This document shows, piece after piece, positions 30,379 to 41,222 of a stretch of DNA of 64,000 nucleotides. Origin of the DNA: an uncultured delta proteobacterium (GTDB lineage: Bacteria > Desulfobacterota > Binatia > UBA9968); contig CAVUVW010000016.1 of NCBI GenBank assembly GCA_963745035.1, positions 160,001-224,000 of the forward strand, read 5' to 3'. Below the pieces are notes generated by a model that saw only the letters and a program-made list of their open reading frames with translations, had not been told where the DNA came from and did not search any database. The position numbers were made by a program, and so were the translations under genes. Position 1 is the stretch's first letter; every line of letters begins with the position of its first letter.

Positions 30379-33297
30379 TTATTGAATTTCCGGAGTGTCC
30401 GTCTGGATTCTTTCCAACCGCCGCATGAGCTCGGAAAAGGCGATGGTCTGAGTGTGGCTGACGATGTTCACGGTCGGCGGAAGAAAACTGCCGACGACCA
30501 GATATTCCTGATCGCCGCGCGTTTCCACGCCGCGCAACACCAGCCGGTCGTTTCTCAGGATCGCCTTGAAACCGAGCTTGCTGTAGCGAAAGCTATCGAA
30601 CAGGCTGGCGAGACCGCCGTACAATGCGCCGGCGCTTTGCCCGGAGCTCAAGACCGTGATCTTGTTGAGCGCCTCCACGCTGATGCGTTGTTCCTTGCCG
30701 CGATCCACCGAGCGCAAATCCGCGCCGAATTGCGCCGGCTGTCCGTCGGTGATGACCAGATCGGCCACGGTTCCTTCCAAGATGCCCGAGATGCGGCCGA
30801 ATGCAAAGGTCTTCGAAAGCTGCTCGAGGTCGATATTCGCCAACGCGGCGTCGAGCCGGATCGCCGCCAGCGGCGAGAAGGGATTGTCGATCTCCAGCTT
30901 GCTGATGCGCACCCGCCCGCCGAATACTTCGGCCTGAATTTCGCCTTTGGTCTTGAGCGTCGCGTCGGCCGACTGCACTTCCGGGATCGAGCCGGTGAGC
31001 GTCCCGCTGAAGCGCGGCCAATCGAAGGCCTCGGTGAGATCGTGAAGCTGCAGCCGATTGGTTTCGAGCGAGAAAGTCAGTTGCCTTGGCAGGCGGATAA
31101 TATCCGGCCAACGCAGCCTGCCGAGGATGATCTCGCCGCCGAAAACGGCGGCGCGCAGCGGCTCATGAAAACGGAGCTCGTTGTTAAACAGCGAAACCGC
31201 CGCCGGACTAAGCCGCGCGTCCTGGCCGCCGAAGCGGATTTTGCCGATGGTCAGGGCGCCGGGACGCGGCTCGCGGCTCGCTGTCGCGGCTTCGCCCCAA
31301 CCGATCTCGAACGGCAGCTCGAGGCCGATGGCGCTGACTTCCCAGCTACCCGCCTTGGCGCGCAGCTCCCCGCCGGTGAGAGATACGTTTCCCGCCAAGG
31401 CGAGACTTTCCGGACTGCCGTCCAACCGCGCTTGAAACGCCATGGCGCCGCCGATCGTGAGCGTGTCAAGAAACGGAAACTGGCGTTTCAGGTTCTCGCG
31501 CACAAACGCTTCGAAAAAGCCGCCCGGCGAAAAGCTCGTGCTGCGCGCCTCCAGACGCAAGCGCGGCGCTTGCGTCACCCGATCGAGGGAGCCGGCGATA
31601 TCCAGCGCGCCGACGTTGGCCAGGACGGCGTTGCAACGGCGGCATTCGAGGCGATCTTCGCCACGAAAATACTCCGCGTCGAGAGCCAACTTCGGCTTTT
31701 GCGCCTTCAGATCGGTGAAAAACTTGTGCCATAAAATTTCGCCGCTCGCCGCGGTGAGTTCGCCGCTGATGCGCGCGGAATTCTTGCCGGAGACCCACGC
31801 GATTTCAAGCGGGCCGCGCAAGCTCAAGTTCTCGCCGATCCGGCGACTGTCGGGCGAGGTGAATTTTCCGCCGCCGGCGTCGATTGCGGCGGCAACCTTC
31901 ACCGAGCCCGCCTCCGAAAAATCCACCGACCCGGTAAGGTGCGCGCGCTCGGCCGTTGCCTCCCAACGATCCTTGGCGGCGTAAGAAAGCCGCGTGGCGG
32001 CAATCCTCGCCGCGCGGATGCGCGCCGCGCCGTTCGACCATTCAAATGGCAAAGTAAAGTTCACGCTTGCCGAGTGTACTTCGCCGGCTTGAATTTTTGC
32101 GCCGTCGCCGCGCGCGACGCCCTTGACCGCGGGCGCATGGAAGGGGCCGCGCAGATCGAAGTCGATATGGCCGCGCCCGGCCATCGTCCAAAGATTAAGC
32201 GGCGGCGGAAGCATCGCCGGCAGCGCCTCCAGCGGCAGATCGCTCCAGAGAATTTTTGCATTGTCGATGCGCGATGCGGCGGCGAAGCTTGCGACTGCGC
32301 CGCCGGTAACGGTACCGAACGGCGAGCTAAGGCGGGCGGATTTTACCGTAAGGGTTTTGTCCGCCAATAAAAACGAGCCGGAAAAATTCACCGCGGCGCC
32401 GCCACCGGGTAGTTTTGCGCCCGCGGGCCCGAGCGCTTCGGCGATGCTGCGCACGGCGGCGTCGCCGGCAAAGAGAAATTCTTTCCAATCGCTGTCGACC
32501 GTCGCGCGCGCATTGAGACTGCCGGAGATCCGTCCGGCGCCGGCCGCGAGTTTTTCAAATCGGCCTTCGATCGTCGCGGTCGCCTGCTGATCTTCGGGCG
32601 CATCGAGTTTGGCGCGCACCCGTAAAAATTCAGGTTGCTCTTGTTGGACTGCGCCGTCCGAAAACGTTCTCGACGCGGGCTTGGAGCGAAGGACGATTTC
32701 ACCGGTCAGAGCGTTCAGCGCTCCGCCCAGATGCACTTCGGCTTCTCCCTGAAGCGACGGAACGTCGGCGCGCAAATGGATTCTCGATGCTTGACCGAGA
32801 TTTAAATTGCGCGCTTCCAGATTGATGTTCGGCAGCTCGAAAACTTCGGCGCCCCCCTTTTTTAAGACGATCGAACCGTCGTGAATCTTCAGGTAACGAA
32901 GCCCGACGGTTGCGGAAGATGCGCCGGCGGGCTTCATCATTTCCGCCAAATCGATGGTGAGCACGGGCCGCTCCGCGCTCACGCGGTGCACGGTCCCAAG
33001 CCACAGATCGACGGGTGTAAATGTTACCAGCAGGCGCGGGCTGCGAAAAAGAAATTCTCCGGGCTTGGAAACCTCCAGGGCGCCGGCAACGAGATGGAAA
33101 GGCGGCCGCAAACTCAAATCGGCCAAGCGCACATCCATGCCGCTTCTGCGAGAGAGCTCGGTCTCGGCCCATTGGCGAAACGCCGTGGAGCGCAACAAAA
33201 AAAACAGCGCGGCGTAGACAAGCAGAGACGCGGCGAAAAAAATTCCCAGCAGTCTAAGCCCGATGCGCGCGCGCGGCTTCATTGAAAAACGATACAT
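30379..33297 (-). CDS. AsmA/YdbH-like intermembrane bridge protein
   Basis: N-terminal TM, long beta-rich body, C-terminal FSGTLTGSIP..FGRISGILEG..FRYSKLGF. Coupled to the YdbL-like gene. Confidence 0.72.
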   Translation of the reverse strand: MYRFSMKPRARIGLRLLGIFFAASLLVYAALFFLLRSTAFRQWAETELSRRSGMDVRLADLSLRPPFHLVAGALEVSKPGEFLFRSPRLLVTFTPVDLWLGTVHRVSAERPVLTIDLAEMMKPAGASSATVGLRYLKIHDGSIVLKKGGAEVFELPNINLEARNLNLGQASRIHLRADVPSLQGEAEVHLGGALNALTGEIVLRSKPASRTFSDGAVQQEQPEFLRVRAKLDAPEDQQATATIEGRFEKLAAGAGRISGSLNARATVDSDWKEFLFAGDAAVRSIAEALGPAGAKLPGGGAAVNFSGSFLLADKTLTVKSARLSSPFGTVTGGAVASFAAASRIDNAKILWSDLPLEALPAMLPPPLNLWTMAGRGHIDFDLRGPFHAPAVKGVARGDGAKIQAGEVHSASVNFTLPFEWSNGAARIRAARIAATRLSYAAKDRWEATAERAHLTGSVDFSEAGSVKVAAAIDAGGGKFTSPDSRRIGENLSLRGPLEIAWVSGKNSARISGELTAASGEILWHKFFTDLKAQKPKLALDAEYFRGEDRLECRRCNAVLANVGALDIAGSLDRVTQAPRLRLEARSTSFSPGGFFEAFVRENLKRQFPFLDTLTIGGAMAFQARLDGSPESLALAGNVSLTGGELRAKAGSWEVSAIGLELPFEIGWGEAATASREPRPGALTIGKIRFGGQDARLSPAAVSLFNNELRFHEPLRAAVFGGEIILGRLRWPDIIRLPRQLTFSLETNRLQLHDLTEAFDWPRFSGTLTGSIPEVQSADATLKTKGEIQAEVFGGRVRISKLEIDNPFSPLAAIRLDAALANIDLEQLSKTFAFGRISGILEGTVADLVITDGQPAQFGADLRSVDRGKEQRISVEALNKITVLSSGQSAGALYGGLASLFDSFRYSKLGFKAILRNDRLVLRGVETRGDQEYLVVGSFLPPTVNIVSHTQTIAFSELMRRLERIQTDTPEIQ

Positions 33298-33507
33298 GGT
33301 GCAAAATTTCTCGGCAATCGCCGCCTAAGATTAGACGCGCCGGTTGCGCGCGCGTTTATCGCCGGGAGACGGCGGACCAATCGAATAACGTTGACTTGAC
33401 GGTTTTTCCCGGCTTACAAGCGCTCTTGCCGGGAGCTTTTTGAAAATAGGCGTGCGTCGAATTGACTAGAGTCGGGCGCTGAAAACCTGATCCGGGAGGA
33501 GGACCCT

Positions 33508-33939
33508 ATGTATAAGGAATTCAAGGAATTCATCATGCGGGGCAACGTCGTCGATCTCGCCATCGGTGTGGTGATCGGCGCTGCGTTCGGTAAGATCGTC
33601 ACCTCGTTCGTCGAAGACGTCCTGATGCCGCCCATCGGCTTGCTGTTGGGAGGCGCCGATTTCTCGAACCTATTCATCAATCTCTCGGGCAAAGCCTATC
33701 CCAGCATCGCGGCCGCGAAAGCGGCGGGCGCCGCGACATTGAATTACGGTATCTTTCTCAACAACATCATCAATTTTCTGATCATCGCATTTGCGATCTT
33801 TCTCCTCATCAAACAGATCAACCGGATGCAAAGACCCGCGCCGGCGGCCGCCCCAACGACAAAAGATTGCCCGTACTGTCTGTCGGCGGTGCCGCTGAAA
33901 GCGACAAAGTGCGCGCACTGCACTGCCGAGCTGAAGTAA
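33508..33939 (+). CDS. mscL: Large-conductance mechanosensitive channel with C-terminal Cys4 tail
   Basis: [28 protein letters not shown] and [17 protein letters not shown]. Tail CPYC..CAHC. Confidence 0.96.
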   Translation: MYKEFKEFIMRGNVVDLAIGVVIGAAFGKIVTSFVEDVLMPPIGLLLGGADFSNLFINLSGKAYPSIAAAKAAGAATLNYGIFLNNIINFLIIAFAIFLLIKQINRMQRPAPAAAPTTKDCPYCLSAVPLKATKCAHCTAELK

Positions 33940-34766
33940 CGATTCGCAGCGTGGAGCGCTCGGCGCGCCGCGCGAGCGCGCCGGCCGCGGCACATGGCTA
34001 TGGAGTTTTTGAGCTGTTGAAATGGGCGCTGTTGCTGGCGTCGTTTGCCGAGTTCATCGCTGCCGTGGCCGATGTGGCGGCGCCGGAGCCGCGCGCCGAA
34101 AGACGCGTCGCGGCGCTGCGCTTCCCACCGGGCCGGGCGCCGACTGGCAGCAATGGGATTCATTTTCCACCAACGTGGTGAAAAGACTCAGAGAAGATTA
34201 CCCGCCGACACTACGCGATCAGCTCGGTGAAACTTTTCTCGACGCGCGCTACCGACTCGCTCAGGCCTCATGGCCCCATGGTTACAGGCGTTGTCTCTTG
34301 ATACGCGTCTTCGCCCAACTGCTGTTCTTGAGATTCCGAAACCATGAGAAATTGGACTGGCCGGTTTGCTGCACGGTCTCGCAAGCAACAACGGTCAGAA
34401 TATAAAATATCGACGCGGCAAATTTCACGATCATGGGGTCACTTCCCCTCGTCGCGCACCCTAATAAGCGTGGCAGGTATTAAAGCGTCCGGCAGCGTGC
34501 GCAGGGCATGATGCGCGGTTTGAGCAGTGGCGTGCAGATGGAGAACTTCCTTGGCGAAGTCACCTGAAATTGGGTCGCGCATAGGCTGTACGCCGTTGGT
34601 CTGAAACTTCGAATGAGCGATGGCGGACGCGAGAATTTGCTGCACGCGGAAGGCTGCGCCAATCGGCGGTATTCTTGCCTAAGCGGCTGGTTTATTTGAC
34701 TTAATGACCTGATTGCGTGCCGATACGCGGGCATAAAAGAACGCCAAAAAACACCCAAAAATATTC

Positions 34767-34795
34767 TTGACTTCCTCGGAACCTTGTACTACTTT
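34767..34795 (+). promoter_or_regulatory. Candidate sigma-70 promoter for the OmpA-family gene
   Basis: TTGACT-N17-TACTTT in an AT-rich stretch 40 bp upstream of the ATG. GGAGG RBS. Confidence 0.45.
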
Positions 34796-34834
34796 GGGCA
34801 AAAATTTTGACCGAATTTTTGCTGGGAGGCAGAG

Positions 34835-35548
34835 ATGAGTCATAAAAAATATTTCGCGTGGGCAGCGGTTGGCTTCTTCCTGACGGGCTGTACAGGAATG
34901 ACGAGAAATCAAGCCGCTTTGGTGGGCGCGGCAACTTGCGGCGCGATGGGCGCCGGGGGCGGTGCAGCCGCAGCGCATCAAGGAATTGACGGAAAGCACC
35001 GCAACGAAGCTATGGGCGCTGGTATCGGTTTCACCGCCGGCGCGCTCATTTGCGGCGGGTTGGCGTATTTGATGACCGAGGATCCGAAGCCAAAACCAGT
35101 GCCGCCACCGCCGCCGCCACCGCCGCCACCTCCGCCACCGGAGCCCAAGCCGAAGCCGGCTCCTCCACCGCCGCCGCCGAAACCGGAGCCCAAGCCCGCG
35201 CCGAAAGTGGAACGGACGATTATTCTCGACGACGTTCTGTTCGACTTCGACCGGAGCACCGTCAAGCCGGAAGCTGCGTCGATCCTCGATCGGCTGGTGG
35301 CTTTCATGAACGAGAACAAGGACAAGAAGGTAAGTCTGTCCGGACATACCGACAATGTGGGCAGCGAAGCATATAACCAAAAACTGTCTGAACGCCGCGT
35401 ATCCTCGGTACAGGATTACGTGGTGAAGAAGGGCGTGGAAGGCAGCCGAGTCTCCGGACAGGGTTTCGGCGAGAGCAAGCCGATCGCGGATAACAAGACG
35501 CGAGAGGGGCGCGCGAAGAACCGGCGCGTCGAAATCAAAGTCAACTAA
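34835..35548 (+). CDS. OmpA-family lipoprotein with glycine zipper and poly-proline linker
   Basis: Lipobox LTGC, Gly zipper, P-rich linker, VLFDFD, GHTD, LSERR and NRRVE motifs. Confidence 0.93.
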   Translation: MSHKKYFAWAAVGFFLTGCTGMTRNQAALVGAATCGAMGAGGGAAAAHQGIDGKHRNEAMGAGIGFTAGALICGGLAYLMTEDPKPKPVPPPPPPPPPPPPPEPKPKPAPPPPPPKPEPKPAPKVERTIILDDVLFDFDRSTVKPEAASILDRLVAFMNENKDKKVSLSGHTDNVGSEAYNQKLSERRVSSVQDYVVKKGVEGSRVSGQGFGESKPIADNKTREGRAKNRRVEIKVN

Positions 35549-35559
35549 TTATCGGTGAA

Positions 35560-35952
35560 GTGAAATTGATCTCAATGCGGATGCCAGGAAGAGCGCGAGC
35601 GCGGGTTTTTCTCCTGGCATCCGCATTGTTATTTCCAAGTCTCGCTTTCGCCCAGAACATCAGTTTCAAGGAAATAGAAGCGCGTGTCCTGGAATACCGA
35701 AAGTGGCTCGACAAAGTCGGCTCCAACGGCTCGCGTTTCTGGGTGAGGTTGGACAGCACTAAGCGTCCCCATCGACTCTACATCGGCGACGGCTTCAAAC
35801 AAGCCAGTGCCACCGACCAGGAAGAGTTCATCGAAATCTTTTCGCGCTTCCTTGCGGGACACCCGGAAAAAAACATGCTCATCGACATCTTCGACGCCAG
35901 CAGCGGAAAGCCGGTCGGCGAGTACGGCTTCGGTGGTTTTCGACTCTTCTAG
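35560..35952 (+). CDS. Hypothetical exported protein
   Basis: Signal peptide ending AFA-Q, protein-like composition, 12 bp after the OmpA gene. Confidence 0.65.
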   Translation: MKLISMRMPGRARARVFLLASALLFPSLAFAQNISFKEIEARVLEYRKWLDKVGSNGSRFWVRLDSTKRPHRLYIGDGFKQASATDQEEFIEIFSRFLAGHPEKNMLIDIFDASSGKPVGEYGFGGFRLF

Positions 35953-36160
35953 GCTTGTCCTTTTTTCCCCGCGGTTCTCACTCTTGCTAGCTGCCAACGG
36001 GTTGCTCTGACCCGGGTTTTCCATTTTGCTCAACCCGCGGGATTTTGCTTCGGATGTCCGACGGTGCTTGTAACACGTCGCCTTTGCCTTACATTTTGAT
36101 CGTCGGACGATTCATCGGTAATTTGAAATTAGCAGTCGCCGGTTGCTACAGTTGCGCTCG

Positions 36161-37492
36161 ATGACGACGCTGCAACGTTTGCGCGCCGATGCACGGGAGA
36201 TATTTGCCGCCGGCGTGAGATCTGCCGACCCTGCTGCGGCGGTCAGAAGAGCGCTCGATGTGGACAAGGACCGCCTTCGAGTAGAAAAGCGCGCTTATGC
36301 CTTATCCTCCATCCGTAATCTCTTCATCGCCGGCTGCGGCAAGGCGGGCGCGCCCATGGCGCGCGCGGCGCTAGAGATTCTCGGCGAGAAGGTCTCGGGC
36401 GGCGTGGTCGTGGTGAAATACGGCCACAAGCTGCCGCTGGAAAACATCGAGATCATCGAAGCCGGACATCCGATTCCCGATAGCGCCGGTTTACATGGGG
36501 CGCGCCGGATCATGGATCTTGCGCGCCGCTGCAGCTGGGAGGATTTGCTCTTGTTTCTGCTGTCGGGTGGAGGTTCCGCGCTTTTTCCATGTCCGGCGGC
36601 GGGGTTGTCGCTCGAAGACAAACAGCAAACCACCGATGCGCTGCTCAAAAGCGGCGCGACCATTCATGAAGTCAATGCGGTGCGCAAACATATTTCACAG
36701 GTGAAAGGCGGACGACTCGCGAAACTTACCGCGCCGGCGCGTTTGATCGCGCTGATTCTCTCCGATGTCGTGGGCGACGCGCCGGAAGCCGTCGGGTCGG
36801 GTCCGACGGCGCCGGATAGCACCACCTACGCCGATTGCCTGCAAATCATCCAGCGCTACAGTCTTGCCCACCGCCTGCCGCCCGCCATCCTCGATTTTTT
36901 GCAAAGCGGCGCGAGGCAAGAGATTGCGGAAACTCCCAAGCCTTCGGACCGCATATTCGAAAACGTGCAAAACGTCATCATTGGCAACAATCGCGCGGCA
37001 CTGCTCGCCGCGCGCAGGCGCGCGGAGGCTCTCGGATACCAAGCGAGGGTGATTGCCGAGGCGATGCACGGAGAAAGCCGCGTCGTGGCGAAATCTCACG
37101 CGGCGTTCGTCAAGGACGTGGTCCGGACGGGCACGCCGGTGTCGCCTCCAGCCTGCCTGCTCGCGGGCGGCGAAACGACGGTGACGGTAGTCGGCGATGG
37201 CCTGGGTGGGCGCAATCAGGAGTTCGCGCTCGCCGCCGCGACGGCGATCGAGAATCTCGACGGCGTGGTCATTCTCAGCGGCGGAACCGACGGCGCGGAT
37301 GGGCCCACCGAAGCCGCCGGCGGGATCGTCGATGGATCGACGATCCTTCGCGGCAAGGCCAAGAATCTCGATCCAGAAAAATTTCTAGCGAGAAACGATT
37401 CCTACCATTTTCTGCTCGCCACCGATGATTTGCTGATCACCGGTCCGACGCTGACAAACGTTATGGATCTGCAAATCACGTTGATCGCATGA
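36161..37492 (+). CDS. Glycerate 2-kinase / hydroxypyruvate reductase (DUF4147 + MOFRL)
   Basis: GKAG.PMA, EAGHPIPD, LSGGGSAL, KGGRLA, GGETTV, GGRNQE, GTDGADG and TGPTLTNVMD motifs. Confidence 0.93.
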   Translation: MTTLQRLRADAREIFAAGVRSADPAAAVRRALDVDKDRLRVEKRAYALSSIRNLFIAGCGKAGAPMARAALEILGEKVSGGVVVVKYGHKLPLENIEIIEAGHPIPDSAGLHGARRIMDLARRCSWEDLLLFLLSGGGSALFPCPAAGLSLEDKQQTTDALLKSGATIHEVNAVRKHISQVKGGRLAKLTAPARLIALILSDVVGDAPEAVGSGPTAPDSTTYADCLQIIQRYSLAHRLPPAILDFLQSGARQEIAETPKPSDRIFENVQNVIIGNNRAALLAARRRAEALGYQARVIAEAMHGESRVVAKSHAAFVKDVVRTGTPVSPPACLLAGGETTVTVVGDGLGGRNQEFALAAATAIENLDGVVILSGGTDGADGPTEAAGGIVDGSTILRGKAKNLDPEKFLARNDSYHFLLATDDLLITGPTLTNVMDLQITLIA

Positions 37493-37658
37493 TGTCACAA
37501 AAACGAAAATACCGGTGAGGGATCTGCACCGCGGCCCGGCAAGCCGGCTTGAGAAATTTATCGAACAAGTATTGATTTGAATAAGTAACCATGTTTAGAG
37601 TTCCTTCCTCGCAGCGAAAAGGACTGGTTCGCTTGGCTCAAATTATCGGGAACGGGTT

Positions 37659-37871
37659 ATGATCGACGTAAGCTTAAAAGGAGTTCGCTGCCGCGCGGCG
37701 AACGAAATCCTCGATATCGACGGCACGATCGGCGCCTTGACTGAAGGCACGATCGTCTACGAGCTTGAAGGCGAAGGCGGGCAGTTGGTGAACGTGTGCT
37801 GGGACGACGGCACGCGCACGCTCGTCTCTTCTGAAGAGATTATCATCACCGATCTGGTTACGTGGAATTAG
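37659..37871 (+). CDS. Small hypothetical protein (possible SH3-like beta barrel)
   Basis: 70 aa, EGTIVY..LVNVCWDDG pattern, host-like codon use. Confidence 0.5.
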   Translation: MIDVSLKGVRCRAANEILDIDGTIGALTEGTIVYELEGEGGQLVNVCWDDGTRTLVSSEEIIITDLVTWN

Positions 37872-38206
37872 AGTATTGATTGCTGCCGTTCCGGTGTCAT
37901 CGCGGGTGAAAGACAGACCTTCTTCTAAAACTTCGGTCACTTCCTTGCTTTCGACCTGGCTACAAGTAGACGATCTTGCAAACGCCCTTATCGGGTCCCA
38001 TCTTTTCTGTCAAATTTCGAAGCGTATGTCCGCGGCAAGTTTGAATCAGTAATCGATTGTTCTCCAGATGCTCGTGCAGATCGATGGTCTGCCGTCGGGT
38101 GCACACTCCTTTACGCAATCATCATTCAGGCCCTTCTGTTTGGACGGAAATTGGATTGCGCAACGAAATGCGCTTCGATTACACAGTGATAATTTGCGCA
38201 ACTGGC

Positions 38207-38222
38207 TGGCGTGTTGTTTGCT
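38207..38222 (+). promoter_or_regulatory. Candidate sigma-54 promoter upstream of the 7-gene operon
   Basis: TGGCGTGTTGTTTGCT has GG-N10-GC spacing with TTGCT, in an AT-richer intergenic region about 400 bp before 38624. Confidence 0.45.
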
Positions 38223-38623
38223 TGAGGTTTCAAAAAAACAGTCAAAGTCTTGACATAGTCTTGCGCGCTAAACTAATTTCCGGAAAGCAATCCATTGCAT
38301 GGCAAGACTCATGGAAGAGAAGCCAAGTAGCAATCTGTAATCGAAGAATACTGGTCGGTCGCAGCAGTATTCGGCTTCCAAGTTTATGATTTTCATTGAA
38401 CCCCTCGCGACGGAACGGACAATACAGTGCCGGTCCGTAAAACAGAAAGCCGCATCCCGCTTTGTCACAGCTCCGATAGTCGTCGAACGCGAAAACGCAT
38501 ATGTTCTTTTCGTAACAGATGTGACTCTGGGTGGAACGGCGCAGTCGTTCGAAGTGCATTGCTTGCACGAACCATTTATTGGACCACTATTTGAGCGATT
38601 TTCACAGCGAAAGTTGAACGGTT

Positions 38624-41222
38624 ATGCCGATCACTGCAATTGCTTGGGCAGACGACGCAGAATGCGACATTCACATGCTGCGGGGCACGAACAGGCCAGC
38701 GCTGCGCGTGTCCGTGATGTTTACGCGATCCGACGGTGTCGTCGAGGACGCGGCGACTTATCTTGCCGCTAATGCCGATGTGACCCTGAACTTTCAGCCG
38801 TCGTTTAAAAACGTAATGGATGTGACGGTCAATCCGCCGACCTGTACCGGTTTCGGCATCACCATCAATAACGAGACCGGCGAAATACGGGTCGATCCAC
38901 CGCCGACGCCGGAACCGGTCATTCATAACTTTCTGGTCCACGCCACGGCCCAAGATTCCAGCGACGGCAAGGAATACCGGATCAGCATCCGCGTCCATCT
39001 GCATAACCGGGTTACTTCGGCCTGGCTCACACCGCCGATTCTGACTTTGCGTCCGGAGAGCGGTGCTTTGCCGCAGACAACCCGCGTGCGATTCAGCGTG
39101 CGAGCGCAATTCGATGACGGAACCGTCGGCGATCTCACGCATCATCCGGATATAGTTTGGCGTCCCGCTGCAAACGTTGCCGGCACCGGGCGCCTAATTA
39201 TCGCGCCGGGAAACGGGCCGAGCACCCCCGCGGTGCAAATCGAGGCGGTCTTGCCTGCGGACTTGCAAGATCCGTCTCTGCCAACGCCACCCGAAATCAA
39301 AGCGGCTGGGCACATACGTTTCGCAGTGGACTGGGCGTCAGACAGCAACGTGCGCGCGGAAACCGTGCAGATCCAGGACACCTGGCCCGGCACCGTCAAT
39401 CCGGAGTTGGTTCCTAATTTTTTATTTTTATGCGACGGCTACAAGGTTGAGGACAGGCCCAAATTCGATGGGCAAGTCAGAAGCCTGCTCGGGTTAATGA
39501 AAAAAAGCCGGCTCACCCGTCCCTTCGACTTGCTTGCAACGTCCATGAACTACTACCAGGCATTCATTCCGTCCAGCCATCACGGCATCTCGGTGCTGTG
39601 CGAGGTCTATCCCGAGCAAAAGTCGGACGGAGAGCTCGAAGACAAATTCCGCCGGCGTCGTCGATATGTTTTGTGTTCCCGATGCCGAAGATCCCTCCGC
39701 CGGCGACAAGTGGAAACTGAAAAACGTCATCTTTAGACTCGGGCTTCCGGTTCCCGGACAAGGCCTCGATCGAAAAATTAAGGACATTCGCGACTACTGG
39801 GACAGCATCTTGGACGGCGTGCCGCAGAACAGGATTGCCGATACGACGGTGCGAAGTTGGCAGAAGCTGTCCAAGCGCACGTTTATCGAAGAAACCGATT
39901 CGGTGTTCGGCCTCGCCTATGGAGAATATCCCGCGGTATCCCGGGAGAGCGACGACCGCACCATCGGATTTCACCCGCGCCGAATGGCTCGGGCTCGCCT
40001 GGATCCGATCCTCAACCGATTGACCGACGCCCAGGGTAATTCGATGGGCTCCATTTGGATGGCGCGGCCGGACGGGACGCGGCCCAGCAGCTACCCTCTG
40101 ATATTTATCTTTTCATCGCTGAAATGGGATAGGGGCGTCAATTTCGGGCGCGGTTACATCTCGATGAACGTCGAGGACCGCGACGGGATTCCGGCTCGGC
40201 GCGTTACCGGTAGACCGACCTTCGAGATCGATTTGACCGGTAAGATCACCAATCGCATTTCACATACAAGGTTGGTGCGCGGATGCCATGAGGTGGCGCA
40301 TTCCTTCGGCCTGGGTGACGAATACAGCGAGAAAGGCACCATGCCCGATTCCATAGATGTCGACCGAAGCTACGGCAATCTCCAAAAGCATTCCGATGTG
40401 CTGCACCCCGTGAGCAACGCGATCGACGGTGACATGATCAAATGGCGCTGGCATCGGATCCGTAAGGCGGCTGTGATCGTCGGGCCGATTGCGGAAGTAC
40501 CAACGCAGCCGGGTAAATTTCGCATCCCCGTTATTCTGGGACAGGCGCGGCAGTTTGCCGTCGGTAACACCGTGCTGCTCAGATTCCGGCAATATCCGAA
40601 TCCTTTGCCGCGCTTTATGGGCGCGAGCGCGAACCTCATCAGCGATCATCTCGAGGTCGTCGATGTCGCGGATCCGTCCGGAATCCTCGACCCCAATCGG
40701 CCGCGCGGTCCCGATAATCCCCTGATCGGCGTCTTATTAGTCTCGCCGAAAGCCGGTCATGCGTTCAGCACGGCGGACGCGGCGAGATTTCAGCCCGGGT
40801 GCATCGTTTATTTGCCGGTCACCGCTCCCGAGTCGGTGCGCACGAACACTTATCCGTTCGCCGAGTTGGTCGCAAAGAACATCAGAGATCACATTACGGA
40901 CCGGGAGCGCGCGCTCAATATGGATCCCGACAGCAACAAAATCTGCGTCGCGGATGACGATGAAATCCAAAAGCCCGTAAAGTTAAAAGTCGATCTGCCG
41001 ATTTGCTTCAGCCACAAAAACCGCATCGTCGGTCTTTTCACCGGCGGTAAAACCTACCAATGCGGCGTCTACCATCCGACGGGCAGTTGCATCATGCGCA
41101 ATTCCAACAGCGACGGCAAAGAGTTTTGCGCGGTTTGCCGTTACCTGCTGGTGGACATTATAGATCCTTCGAGGCATTTCTCCCTCGATCTCGACTACGA
41201 AGAGTACTACCCGCAGAAATGA
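38624..41222 (+). CDS. M64 (IgA-peptidase)-like zinc metallopeptidase with N-terminal Ig-like region (frameshift near 39646)
   Basis: NFLFLCDGY, HEVAHSFGLGDEY and GLFTGG..GVYHP..CIMR..FCAVC match M64 hallmarks. ORFs 38624-39736 and 39666-41222 join by removing one base, giving about 865 aa. Confidence 0.78.

Noticed and set aside
35085-35205. CCG-rich repeat tract
   Set aside because: It encodes the poly-proline linker of the OmpA-family protein and is not an independent repeat element.
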